From Callorhinchus milii (Eukaryota): a stretch of DNA of 64,000 nt. The stretch's first letter is position 1, and each line of letters begins with the position of its first letter. A program made the translations under genes and the position numbers. The notes beneath the pieces were generated by a model, which saw only the letters and a program-made list of their open reading frames with translations, did not search any database and had not been told where the DNA came from. This document shows, piece by piece, positions 25,024 to 38,240 of this stretch. Location of the stretch: the NCBI RefSeq assembly GCF_018977255.1, contig NW_024704742.1:53446001-53510000 (forward strand). The letters are read 5' to 3'.

Positions 25024-26659
25024 GTAAGTAAAGGGAACAGTTTGCGTATAATCGATTTTTAAAATCAACAGGTATGATTTAAAAATGTAAAGTTAATATT
25101 ATTCAGGCAATTAACTTGTGGATTGCTTGAAGCACCAGTGTTTTTGCAATTGTGAGGTGAAATATGTGGCATTTCATAATGCAATATTTTCTTTGTGTTA
25201 CAAATTTATCCCTATATTTATTAATGATAATAATTGTTGCATCTGATATAGCACCAATACCATCAATGTCTCAAAGTGCCTACAAAATATAGTCACAATA
25301 GTCACTGTACATATGTCCTGTGCAGTGCTTTGAGACATCATCCCCACATGAAAGGCACTACATTAAAAGTAAAGATTATTATTATGTTGTGGGTGAATGT
25401 GGCCACACAAAAGCACATATCAAATGCCCACAAACAGCCATGAAGTGAATGACTAATTTTATCTGGTTGATTCTTGGCTAAGTGACATTTCCACTCAAAC
25501 AAGGCAGATTTTCACATTCAGATACATGCTACAAATGGATATCATTGTACATTGATTTCCTCAAGAATACAAGCTGGTTTCTATCACCTGATATACCTCC
25601 ATATCAGCATTCATCCCAGAATGCAAAACTTATTCATAGTAATGTATTCCCTCAGATTGCAGACATTTTGAACAGATTGTGCTCTGCTTGTTTTTATCAT
25701 AACAAAGCTTCTTTCCAAGGCTCCTTAAAATCAAATAACATTCATGTTCTGATAAATATTTCTGCATTTTTGATCTAATGAGCGGAAAAAATAGAAATGC
25801 AAAATAGAATTTGCTGTAAAATGAACTATTCTGAAGCTAAAAATAATTCAGCCAGACCTGTTGAGGATGATCAGTCTCTTACCTCTTTAGATCTTCCAAA
25901 ATTTACTTGAACATATAAACCATATTTTAATTAATCTAATTAACCTCAATTGTAAGGATTCAGAGGCTTCTCAGCTTGTAAAGATGTCTTTGGCTTCAAC
26001 ATTTGTTAACATTAGTTTGACTATATGCGTCACAAGGCTTCAAAGAGAATTGAGTTCTGAGAAGACTGAGGGAGAAATCATTCTTCGAAATTCAGGGGTT
26101 GTTTAAGTCTCAGACCTGTTGTTAAGGAGAAGTTTTAAAGTTTGCAGTTGATAAAGAGTTTCTTAAGTGCAGGGATAATTAAGGAATGAAATGCATTTAG
26201 GAATACCACAATTTTAACCCAGTAGTAACATAACCGTTTCTGGCAGAAGTGAATCACTGGACATTTAGTGAAATGTTTATTTTTGACTGAAGAGGACAGG
26301 TATTGCCTTGTTTTGGCAGATTAATCCTGGAAATTAGTCACAAAAAAAACCTTTAGAAACCATTCGAGGGCCTTCAATTGTATGAAAGCATGTGCTTCAA
26401 AATAAAAAAAAGATGTACTCTATGATCTGAAAAGGACTTAACTGGGGAGGAGTCCTTCCACTGAGTGTGTCATGGTTAACACAGAACACAGCAAACTTTA
26501 CCTCATTTGAATGATTTTTCCCCCTGGGTATGTGGAGGAAGAGGATGACGGATTTACTGCCAATAAATGCATGTAACAATTCGAAACTTCAGCTGTTTGG
26601 TTTTAATTTGAAAGGATTTAAATCCTTTCTGCTGTGGATAATTGGGGCATGGATAATCA

Positions 26660-26840
26660 AGATTAGACTCCAGCAGTATCCTAATGCACACTCTGGGGTC
26701 CCCAAGCCTTGGCTCTTGCCAACCTACGCCTAATACTTTCCAGAATTAGGTAAGCAGGATGGATCCCTCCAGGGGTAGAGTGCACATTCATTCCAACAAT
26801 GGCGATGGGTTTCCACATGTCAGACTCTCGGCTGACCAAA
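26660..26840 (+). repeat. Unclassified interspersed repeat, copy 1 (internally deleted)
   Basis: Shares CTCTGGGGTCCCCAAGCCTTGGCTCTTGCCAA...GAATTAGGTAAGCAGGATG with 52843-52980 and, inverted, with 33400-33640. Confidence 0.85.
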
Positions 26841-27699
26841 ACAAAAAATTCCAGTGTATGGGTAATTCAACGTACTGCTAATGTGGTTCAGAATTGTTTC
26901 CAGCTCATCTACGCTTCACCTGTGCTCTTGGAAGATTTGCTGTTGTATGCGTTTTTGGACCTTATTCATGACCCACTTGGTCCTGGAATGTTGCCAATGC
27001 TGTTGTCTTTCCATCTTTGCTTTACAGTGAATTAAAGCAAGGCCATGGTATTAGGAAACAGGCTTATGCCAGCATCCTTGGAACTAGTGAAAGGTCTTCA
27101 ATAAACTCACATGACTTGAAGTCCGCTAATGCTTTTTCACCTACTTGTATAGAAGTGCTTGGCCTCTATTTGGCAACTACTCACAGGAAAGAACTGAAAT
27201 AAGAAGTTCACCGCATGAGCAATCTTAAATGCAAACCTGTGCACCATTAATATGTTTTGTGCAGCATGTTGGCGCATTGCTGTCAATGCCCTTGAGCAGC
27301 ACACTGCTTGTGATTGTGACCCTTGGAATAACTCTAAGATAAATACAGTCTCTCAGGTCATATCATAACGAATTGATACTGAGCAATTCTATAAAGCAAT
27401 GTTGTCAAGTTTCAAGAAAGCACATTGTTAGTGAATTGTGGCTTATTATGATGATATAACTAAATGAAATATTCTGTTGGAAATGTTTTTCTGAAGATTT
27501 ATGAACGGCAACCTTTATTGATGACTTCACTGATAATGAACACTGATAATAATCTTTTTTTGAATATATCAACTTTTATGTGTGCACTCAAAATTGTTTG
27601 GAGTCCCCGGATTGATTTTACTACTGATAAAAAGGTAATATAAAAAACATGAAATAAGATTAAGAACATAGACGTAAAACAATACTTTCAGATAGCAGC

Positions 27700-27880
27700 A
27701 GTAAAGGAGGTCGCAGGTTCAGTGTTGTGAAGGATAATTTTAGAACAGACAAGTTGAGTATTTCTTTACACAGAGGGTAATTAACAGCTGGGATGAGTTA
27801 CCTGGAAGGGTGGTTATGGTCAGGATACTGGACTCATTTAAGGAAACATCTTAATGCTGTAGTGGGACTGATATTGATGG
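27700..27880 (+). mobile_element. Old CR1 3' fragment
   Basis: TTTCTTTACACAGAGGGTAATTAACAGCTGGGATGAGTTACCT, translating to FFTQRVINSWDELP. Confidence 0.75.
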
Positions 27881-28429
27881 AAAGACAGCCACTATGTGTT
27901 CTTGAAGAATGAGATCAAATAAACTGTCCGACATTCCTCACCTGCACCTCTGGTGAAAAAATAATTTTCTTCCTGACAATTGCTGAAATTCCACAACTGT
28001 TAGTAATAAGAAAGATTTAATACTACATCATCTGGACAACCTACAAATACGAATTCTGAACAGATAGGGGGAAAATTTGTGATTTTCCTAACATGTTCCT
28101 TGTGGTAAATCACTTGTGTGAATCAATCTGAGGCCCTGATTGGGAAATTGTGATTCACTGTCTGTGGAGAGGGTGGATTTTGCTCTTAATAATAATAATA
28201 ATACTTAATACCTTATCACATTGTCGATATATCTCAAATTGTTTCACAGGATATTTTGTAAAGTGCTGTGTCTGTGTGCATTGTGTGAGTGACTCTGGCT
28301 AGAAAACAAACAAAAAAGAGCTAAAAGCTGCTACAACAGCTGCAATTTAAAAGAGAAAATTGCAACGATTCAAATACAAAAAGTCAACCAATGGATCTGA
28401 AAGATGGGGAAAACACTGTGGGAAGGGCC

Positions 28430-28447
28430 TGCTGTCACCTAGTGGCT
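28430..28447 (-). promoter_or_regulatory. CTCF-like motif
   Basis: Reverse complement GCCACTAGGTGACAGCA versus consensus CCACYAGRKGGCRG (one mismatch). Confidence 0.45.
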
Positions 28448-28818
28448 GTTTTGTGTTAAATACGAAACAGTCTCAAATTCTGTGCACATAGAAAATTATC
28501 CCAACAATAGACATTACTGTACATACAACACTTAAAAGTGTTGCATATTTCACCAATTCATTTTAATGGGCTTTGAACTGGTTTGCAGTTCTGCTATTGT
28601 GGTCCAATTATATTTCTTGTTTAGAAATTAATTTTATTTACATCCAATTTACCTGCTCTCTGAATTATTAGGATAAGACACTGCGTGCTTCATGTTGGAG
28701 ACGCTTCAGGACCCCATGTCAGACGTACTTCGCTTCATCTCCTGTGGCTGAACTTAACCCATTTGAACAGGAATGTCTTATGATAATTTTAGGTGTTTGC
28801 TTCTACGTTTCCCCAGAA

Positions 28819-28888
28819 TTATATACCACGTCAATCATTAACCTTCCCAGCAAAATATGTGAAAATTCCATGAAGTTGCCTTTGACGT
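28819..28888 (-). promoter_or_regulatory. Candidate Pol II promoter: DR1/HNF4-like site, HNF1 site, CRE half-site, TATA box
   Basis: Minus strand: ACGTCA-A-AGGCAA (28876-28888), GTTAATGATTGAC (28830-28842), TGACGT (28828-28833), TATATAA (28819-28825). Confidence 0.4.
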
Positions 28889-31322
28889 TCCAGTGTTATC
28901 TAAACCCGTGTGATTTAAAATGGATTTTAAAGGTATTGAATAATATTCAGCCCTGCACTTTTCCACACTGAGTCACAGTGGCTACAGTTGAAGGAGATTA
29001 TTAAATGTTTTTAAAATTAGTCCTTATGTAAACAAGTCTCTGTGAGCACTTTCGATTTCAAAAATTAACATTCGTTTTTTTTTAGCAGACATGATCTAAT
29101 GAAATCCTAATCCTTCCATTGACTCACAGAACCCTGCTGAGCTCAGTCATCAGCAGGAAAAAAATGTTTGCAGATCAACCATCATCCATAGGGTCATTTA
29201 CGTTCTACTGTACACGTGGTAAAGATAAACGAAGCCAACTTTAACACACAGCAGTCCTGTTAGGAGGGTACATTCTCTGCATAATTCTGTTTTCCATGAA
29301 ACTCAAGGCTTTTGTTCTGTATGAGCAAAACAAGAAGTTAAACAGTTAAATGTCTATTGAGCCCTTTTCTCAGGAAAATCCTGGCATTCCACTAACCCAC
29401 AGGAAGCTCAGGTCAGGCTGAGCTCAGTAACAGTAAGACATTAGGAAAACATGGAGTTATTTACCCTAAATCTAATGGGACCTATCAAAGAGCAACATCC
29501 ATCCAATGAGGGACGGAGCTGGAATCTGAAAGAGTTGCTGAGTTTGAAGCACTAAGCTTTACCATACTTTCTTCAAAGACATTGTTAACATAGAAATATT
29601 ATGTTAGGCTCATAGCCACAATCCAGGGTGCAGCTGAACAGCAAGTCATGGGAATCTGCTTCAGCAACAGTGTTCTAATTTAGTTTATCCTGCAGAACAA
29701 TTACTTCCAGACACAAACCTTGTAGCACTGACTTCTCAAATTACATTACAGCCCGTCTGCGAGAGAAATACCACTTCTTTCCTCTTGTTATCCAAAAAAA
29801 ACCAGATTGTTGCTCATGCTACTTAAAGGCTTCAGAAACATTCACTATTGAATTTCACTCCGTTGCTAAATTACAATAGATGTTATGGGGTTATGAACAG
29901 AACAAAATCAAACCTTGAGTACAAGTGGGATTTTTCCAGAGAGGAATAGGGATATTGCCCATTAAGTTTGTGCTGTGCTTTTCGTGTCCAGTTGATGTGA
30001 TGTTTGTAATTGAATTGATATTGGAGGTGAAAACCCAGCTCTGCTGATGTCTCTTCTGGTCAAGTCTGACCCCTTTAAAAGCCTTGAGTTTTATGGAAAA
30101 CATTAGTTCACCCAAAAAGTTTTAAATGACCATTTTTAATGTTAATCAATCAACTTTTTTAATAACGTTAAACACTGATGGTGTTTGGCTTTGTTGGTGT
30201 GTGCAGAATTCTCAGCTCCCAATTAATTTTAAATCACTTCCAGTACTACAAACTGGACACAATACTATGTGGTTGTGGTGACAAGTAGCTTTCAGAACAG
30301 AAGGCCTAGCATTTATAGTACATTATAAAAGGGTTGATAATAATACAACAATGTGCACTTATAAAGCGCCCTCCACACTGGGTAGTGTCTCAGAGCACTT
30401 AGATATCAGCTGGATCAAAATTATATTTTATTGCCAACATGCACTTTAACCTTTGAAGGGCTGTTTCTTATTAATTTCAAGTTGAGTATTTACAACATAA
30501 TTTAGATACTATTTTAATAGAAATGTGAAACATAAAATCACCATAAAAGTCAATGAATCCTCAACTACCATTTTAGGCTCATTTAATTTTTCCTGTCCTC
30601 AGTTATTTTAGAGCTTACAGTTTCTCTTTCCTTGAACCATTCTGCAAACAATATAATAATAATAATTGTTGACTTTGTTATAGCCCCATATTATGTCACT
30701 GCGGCGTCCCAAACTTATTCATAGGATCTATAGTAAAGTTGTGGTGTCTGTGTATTTTGTGAGCAAGATGTATAATTAAAAATATAATTTTAAATTAACT
30801 GCAATTGACATGTGCAAATAATATACTTATTCACAAGATCAATTTGGATGAAGAAGGCCCTTTAACCATCTGATATCATTCCTCCAGAATATCCACCCTC
30901 CCATCCTCCTATCACAAACAGCATCAAGCTGCTTATTATTACTTAGGGTTTGTTTCACATGTTAATGAAAACAGGAGTGAACAGAAGAACCTACACAATT
31001 GTTACAAAAACATAAGTGAACACATTTTACTATGTTCAATGCAAATGCATCAGCTCACAAACATTCATTAGTAGTTAATACTCTGCAGCAGCTCAAGGGG
31101 CAACATGATGTCATCGGAAACGTGTGGGCTCAGACAGATATTTCATGCCTACTATGTAGGAAGGACAGAGAAGTTTCCTTCTAGCAACTTCTACTTTATA
31201 GACCATTTAGACCATTTAGAGAGCATTAAAGGACCCCATTTAATAAGTACTTGCTGCAAAGCCAACACCAGGTATATACTCAGTGTGAATAGAAACGTGC
31301 GGCTGCAAAGTTTCCCCTGAAT

Positions 31323-32469
31323 CTGCTATAAAAAGCATCCTCTGCTATAAAGAACACTCCCGCTATAAACAGCACCCCCGCTATAAAAAGCACTCCCCAC
31401 TATACACAGCACCCTCCATTATAAACAGCACCCCCGATATAAACAGCATCCTCTACTATAAACAGCAACCCCACTATAAACAGCACCCCCACTATAAACA
31501 GCACCCTCCACTATAAACAGCACCCCCCACGACAAACGGCACCCCCACTATAAACAGCACCCCCCACTATAAACAGCACCCCCCACTATAAACAGCACCC
31601 CCCACTATAAACAGCACTCCTGCTATAAACAGCACCCTCCACTATAAACAGCACCCCCCGCTATAAACAGCAGCCCCCGCTATAAACAGCACCCCCGCTA
31701 TAAACAGCACCCCCGCTATAAACAGCACCCCCCGCTATTAACAGCACCCTCCACTATAAACAGCACCCTCCACTATAAACAGCAGCCCCCGCTATAAACA
31801 GCACCCCCGCTATAAACAGCACCCCCGCTATAAACAGCACCCTCCACTATAAACAGCACCCCCGCTATAAACAGCACCCCCCGCTATAAACAGCACCCTC
31901 CACTATAAACAGCACCCCCCGCTATAAACAGCACCCCCCGCTATAAACAGCACCCTCCACTATAAACAGCACCCCCACTATAAACAGCACCCTCCACTAT
32001 AAACAGCAGCCCCCGCTATAAACAGCACCCCCCACTATAAACAGCACCCTCCACTCTAAACAGCACCCCCCGCTATAAACAGCACCCCCCGCTATAAACA
32101 GCACCCCCACTATAAACAGCACCCTCCACTACAAACAGCACCCCCACTATAAACAGCACCCCCACTATAAACAGCACCCCCCACTATAAACAGCACCCCA
32201 CTATAAACAGCACCCCCACTATAAACAGCACCCCCCACTATAAACAGCATCCCCCACTATAAACAGCACCCCCACTATAAACAGCACCCCCACTATAAAC
32301 AGCACCCCCACTATAAACAGCACCCCCACTATAAACAGCACCCCCCACTATAAACAGCACCCCCACTATAAACAGCACCCCCACTATAAACAGCACCCCC
32401 ACTATAAACAGCACCCCCACTATAAACAGCACCCCCGCTATAAACAGCACCCCCGCTATAAACAGCACC
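31323..32469. repeat. Minisatellite, unit CTATAAACAGCACCCCC(C)R (18-19 bp), roughly 60 copies
   Basis: Directly visible tandem array. Confidence 0.98.
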
Positions 32470-32489
32470 ATTTGTTATGAACAACGGTG

Positions 32490-32772
32490 CTGAGCCAGTG
32501 CTGTGAGTGTGTTTTTGTCTATCTCTCCTCTGTATGTGTGTGTGTGTGTGTGTGTGTGTCTATCTGTGTCTATGAGTGTGTTTCTGTGAGTGTGTGTATG
32601 TCTCTCTCACTCTGTGAGTATGCGTTTCTCTCTGTGTTAGTGAGTATGTGTGTCTCTCTCTGTCTGTGAGTTTGTGTCTCAGAGTGTGCGTGTGTCTATG
32701 TGTGTGTTGCTTTCTGTTGGTGAGCGTATGTGTGTGTGTCTATCTCTCTCTGTGTCTATAAGTGTGTGTGTC
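32490..32772. repeat. Degenerate (TG)n/(TC)n low-complexity tract
   Basis: TG- and TC-rich runs including a pure (TG)n at about 32535-32559. Confidence 0.92.
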
Positions 32773-33399
32773 ATCTCTGGGTCTCTGGGTCTGTGTGCAG
32801 TGATGGTCCCTGAGATACAGGAGGTGATGACCTCCTGTAGCCCCGCAGTCAGGACACTGACAAGCAATGCGTTTTTTCTTGTGAATCTCCAGTTCCCCCC
32901 TCCCGCCCTGAGTAGGCCACCCATTTTTTGTTAAAGAAAGGATTAATCTTTTTTTTGCAACAATCTAATATGTGTTAGGTCTTCATGTTTAGTTTTTATC
33001 AATAAAGTGAAAAAATGTAGGTTGGCAGTAAAATACATCTCTCAATAGCATCAAAACAACTCCCCACAAAATTTGTCAAATTTCCCTGCAATTTTCTGCA
33101 AAATGTGACATAGTTCACTGCAAATTTTGGCAAATAATTCTGCAATTTTCGATTTGCTCTGATAATCACTAACATGTTGGTGCTGTAAATCAAAGAATAA
33201 TTTAGAACCATAGAAAGTTACAACACAGAAGAAGGTCATTCAGCCCATAATGTCTTAGGAGCAATCCTTTCCTGCCCTCTCCCCATGATACTATCAACTC
33301 ATTTTAGGGTATATCTTTGTTGTCTATTTTGTTTCTTAATACACTTTGTAAGTTTGAGAGCATATATTCCCCACTACTAAATGTAACAATAACTATTTT

Positions 33400-33920
33400 T
33401 GGGGTCAGTTGGATATCTACACATCTGGAAACCCATCACTATGCTTAAGAGTATCCAAGCCAAACTGAGATTTCCATGCATCCCACCTACACCTGGAAAT
33501 CCCAGAGATAGATTGTTGGAATTGAATGTGCACTCTCTCCCTGGAGGGACACATCCTGCTTACCTAATTACGAAAATATTAGACACAAGTTGGCAAGAGC
33601 CAAGGCTTGGGAACCCCAGAGTGTGTGTTGCGGTAACAACTAAAGTAGCACAGCTTTTAATATTACTGACTGGCAAGCTTTCCAGCTGGTACCCCTATCC
33701 GTCAAGGTTTTGTGTTGCAGTGTTAACGGGAGCTGAGTGAAAAGAGTCCATGCCTCAGTGAGTGGTCTACCTTTCCAAGTCCTGCTGATGAGACAGGTTG
33801 GTTATGTAGTCATCAGTGCTGTAGAGTACTGCCAATCCACCTGGTCCAACTAGACTACTGAAGCTGACACAGAGGGTTGGCTCAATTCCATTCCAGTGCC
33901 AAACATGTCACTTTGGATCC
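33400..33920 (-). repeat. Unclassified interspersed repeat, copy 2
   Basis: Reverse complement is colinear with 52546-53015; its end (GATGGGTTTCCAGATGTG...CTGACC) matches 26805-26837. Confidence 0.85.
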
Positions 33921-34299
33921 AAATCAACAAATATCTACAAATTTTAAAAGCACAAGAGTTAACTCATCGACTTTTTATTATAATGTGATTATCTGCCTAT
34001 AAGCAGCAGGATATTGCACTGACAATCAAAACATGCTATACTTACACTTTTTAAAGGCATTATTCATAAATGTAATTATCATAATCTAAAAGCAGCAAAT
34101 TTAAAAACAACAGGCACATAAAAAGGCTTTGGATAGATAACATTACATAGGGAATGTTAAACTTCAACATAAAACATCATCCATATCTGCACTATCTGAC
34201 TGTACCCATTATGGATAAAGGGAAAACTGTGATGTACACCATCAGTGAATACCACGCTATGATCATTGCTCCAAAATACTTATAAGATACTACTAATGA

Positions 34300-34495
34300 A
34301 TAGTAATCCTTGGATTTGACATAGCCTCAAAGCATAAAGCGTCATGGGCTGCGTATTTTGTAGGTAAGCCAGCAGCCAATTTGCACATAGCAATGTCCCA
34401 CAAATAGCCATGAAGCGAATGACCAATTTTATTTTGTGTAATTGTTGGTCAGGACACCAAGAGAAACACTGTTCTCTTTTTGAATAGCCCCATGT
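34300..34495 (-). mobile_element. Deu-domain SINE, 3' fragment
   Basis: GCAGCCAATTTGCACATAGCAATGTCCCACAAATAGCCATGAAG...GTTGGTCAGGACACCAAGAGAAAC. Confidence 0.75.
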
Positions 34496-35156
34496 AAACC
34501 TTGCATAGCAACATCATTTCCCGTTGTCTATCTGTCTAGCATGGAAGACTTGTCAGGCTCATAAGACAGTATGTAGCAGTGTATCTTCATTTGAACTGAT
34601 ACAATCCTTCCAAATACCATTCTTCTTATGAAAATATAGGTAATTTCTTTCTATAAAATTGCATATTTTCTGAACTAACAGCTTCTTACTATAACTTAAC
34701 ACTTCACCAATTAATTTAGCATGACTTTTCAATAGTACTTACAGCTGCTGCAATCAACAGCAAGATTTGTGTTGGTGGCACAATTCTCTCTGTTTTATGT
34801 CCTTAAAGAAAGACATTTGAACTCCAAGCTGCAGGGCTAACACGTTCCATGGCTAGAATCCCTAAATGGAATATCAGAAACTTGACGTTCATTGCCTACA
34901 TTTCTGAGACTCATCCTTCCACCCCTTTAATCTGAACAATCCTTGCTATCCCTCTAACATACCAAATTGGGGACATTCCATGTCCCCTATCTGCATCCTA
35001 CATGCTTGACCATGACAGCTCTATGAATGGTACTAGCCAGATCTCTTCAATTCTGCACTAACACTAGACGTTTAGTAGCCTTGACTTTCCTTCAATATCA
35101 ATACTATGGCAGTTCATAAAAAACCACATTACACAAGAACATGAGCTTACCAGCAA

Positions 35157-35533
35157 ATAATAATAATACTCCTTGCATTTGATTAGCTCCTTATCAGTCT
35201 TCGAGACGTCTCAAAGCGCTTCACAGAATATTCTATAAAGTGAGTTGACTGTATATTTTGTGGCCAAAACATGGCAGTCAATTGCGCACAGCAGTGTCCC
35301 ACAAACAGTTGTGGATTGAGTGACCAAATTATTGTTTCTTTTGATTTTATTTGAAGGAATTATTACCCCCAGAAAAGCAATCCTCCAATCGACTAACAAC
35401 TGGGTTCCTACTTATTGCTAGGTAAACAGAGGCGTGTGGAGTAAGGAAACTTGCCCATTGTTTCACACTGCTGGGAATCGAATCTAGGTCTCTTGCTTGC
35501 GAGGCGAGCTCTCTAACCACTGAGCTATACGAT
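35157..35533 (-). mobile_element. Young tRNA-derived SINE, long variant
   Basis: Full body including TGCTAGGTAAACAGAGG; head ends CTCTAACCACTGAGCTA. Confidence 0.92.
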
Positions 35534-38029
35534 GCTACAGTTTTAATCCTGATGATCTCTCAGTTAAGCAAGATGAAGGGCACAAAATATGTTCCTCTGA
35601 TGTATAAATCAAGCCAAATATATATTAGAAATGTGTCAGATTCCAGAAATTAATTGTAGTGAGATTATAGGGTAAAGAGGAGCTAAATGCTTTCTTACCC
35701 AGCTTCATCAACACCCTCACCAGACATATATCATATTGTCAGACAGTAAAATCATGGTTATGTGATACTTGTGCAAACATGATGCCATAAAATTGATCAA
35801 GTTCAGATAAAAATACAATGTGGGGAAGAATGTCACTGATGATAATCAACACATCACACATTACAATTACACCCCAAATTTAGCATAATAATTTTGAAGC
35901 ACAATATAATACATAACTTATAGATTTTATAAAATACCATACAAGATTTTGACAAGAGCCTAAGGACTATTATACTCAATATAGTTTCAATCCAAAGTAG
36001 AAACTATAAATGCTTTGTAAATTAATTGGTAGAAAATTCCACCTGTTGCTGGACTATAAGATCTTCATTCTTCTGTTCAAATCCAATGTCCATCCCTTGC
36101 TTTCCTCTGCAACCTCCTTCAATCATACCATTCTGGCTACTCGTATTATTTGTTCAGCACCTTGGGATGTCCTCCCGACGTGAAAGGTGTTTTACAAATG
36201 TAATTTTGTACTGTATTGTTACCATTTTTGAAAAAAATCTACCAGAGTTACTCTCTAATTTTCACTGAACTTACAGTGCCTATTATTCTCTGTTTTTTTG
36301 TGAATTTGCTGACAATGACAGTGTGTAGTTAAAATGAATAAATGTTAAAATGACATACTGAGACTTATCTGCTATAAAATATATGAGCGAAAGAACACAA
36401 TTCCTGAAGGGGCAACTTATGTGTTTGATATTATTATACATTTCAAAACAAGATATGATTTATTGACACCATACCTTCATTTCTCAAGAAATACCGTTTT
36501 AAAATAATTCTCAGGAAATTCTCCTTGTATCATTTTAAATATTCTTAATAAAAAATGTTTTGGTAAGGATTATCTTGCTCACTATTAATGCTATGGCGAC
36601 GAGCACCTTAATTCTTTGCTTCATTAATCAATCATGATTTAAATGTTATTGACAAATCCTATATATTACGTACAGTATAACACAAATGTCATTTTTCACA
36701 TTTTAGTTTGTTCTTTATGGGCTGTAAGTAGGGATCTCAAAGAAGAAGATACATTTCTTGTGCTTTATTAATACGAGGATTAAATAACCATAATTATGCT
36801 TTGTATAATTTCCTGAATGGAATGAAAATAATTACATTTTATTGTAACAGGCTAGAAACACCAATTCTGCCGCATAAATTGACTGTGATAATTTTAATCA
36901 AATAATATTACTCGGAAAAAAATAACAAAAAATAAGGTTCTGAGGGGGAAGAATTAAAATTTTTTAAACCTATTAACAATTTACAATTTACAACTATTGA
37001 ACTCGATGTGGGTTACACACCTTTTATTTTAACCTGTTCTTATTCTCTCTGTAAGAAATACTGTATTATACCTAAATATAATTTTGGGAGACTGCCAACC
37101 AGCACTCTGTTGTGTCGATTTCAAGATACATTTCATTAAAAATTTGGCTTGATCAGACCTGAACGGTCACTTAATTACAATTTACAATATAATTTGCATT
37201 TACATAGTGCTTTCACATTTAATCACAAGAATAGGCTTTTTTTCACCTTATAGAAAATACTAAATTCAATTTAAGTTTCAGTCTGCAATTTTTCTGGGAA
37301 AATTTCAGCACTGAACAGAATCTGCCAACCATTATATTGACTACATCGCAAATAAGCTCACTCAAATGATTTTGTTACACCACATCAGCAATAACAAAAT
37401 ACATTTAGAACAGGAATATTGCACTTTACCTGATGAAGGTTTTGATGCTTGTGTTCAAACATGTGTTTCAAAACTAAATTTCTATTCATATGAGGAATAC
37501 CAATTCTTGGAGCTGAATCTCAGCAAGCTCTTTGACTCTTTGAAAAATTTTGCAAGCACAGCATAGCGTTCAAGGGAGGAAGCTCTTATTTAGCACAAGT
37601 AGCCACCAGGGAATATGCATTCATAAAGCACACTTTGCAGACATGGGGGCACACTCTGTTTATTGTCATCAAGATAAGCACTCCTACAAATTAGCTGAAT
37701 CTTTATGGCTAGCCACAAGAGATACCAGATCAATGTATTGAGCAAGGGCAGACAAAACCATAACATAATCACACACCAGACATTTCAGTGCCATACGTAT
37801 TACTGACAGGCATGCAATTCCTTATTATAGTCAACATCAATTCCTATGTTTTCAGCCATTAAGTTTCTCTTTGGCGATTGATACCTTAGTTTCCTATTCA
37901 AGCTGGCTGCACACAAATAATGGGCCTTGAGTTGCGTAACTTTTCAGCAATAGATTTAGGCTGTGGTTAAGATGTTTGGACGTGATTGATGACAATGTGC
38001 ATAAAACATTAATTGTAGCTTTGTTCATA

Positions 38030-38240
38030 GAATCAGGATGAGAGAAATTTACAGAAAGAAGGAGGCCTTTTAGCTCATTGCGTCTGGCCTATCCCCACAT
38101 CCCTTCAAGACTTTGCCTTTCATGTACCTGCCTACTTCTTTCAATGAAACCCACGATGGACTCTCCCTTTACCATCTTACTTAGCAGGGATTCCACAAAT
38201 CAACAACTCACAGAGTGAAAACAAATCTAAGTTCTCCTTT
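38030..38240 (-). mobile_element. Old CR1 3' end
   Basis: GGGATTCCACAAATCAACAACTCACAGAGTGAAA is the reverse complement of an FTxRVVDLWN-like coding segment; a GAAGGAGGCC terminal motif is present. Confidence 0.6.

Noticed and set aside
27010..27100. RTE-like LLYSEL motif
   Set aside because: Isolated short match without flanking RTE motifs.
32238..32934. ORFs with GVLFIV, GGAVYS or CV repeats
   Set aside because: Translations of the minisatellite and the TG tract.
37427..37465. Penelope-type hammerhead (CCTGATGAAGG...)
   Set aside because: No properly placed GAAA core or closing stems; at most a decayed remnant.
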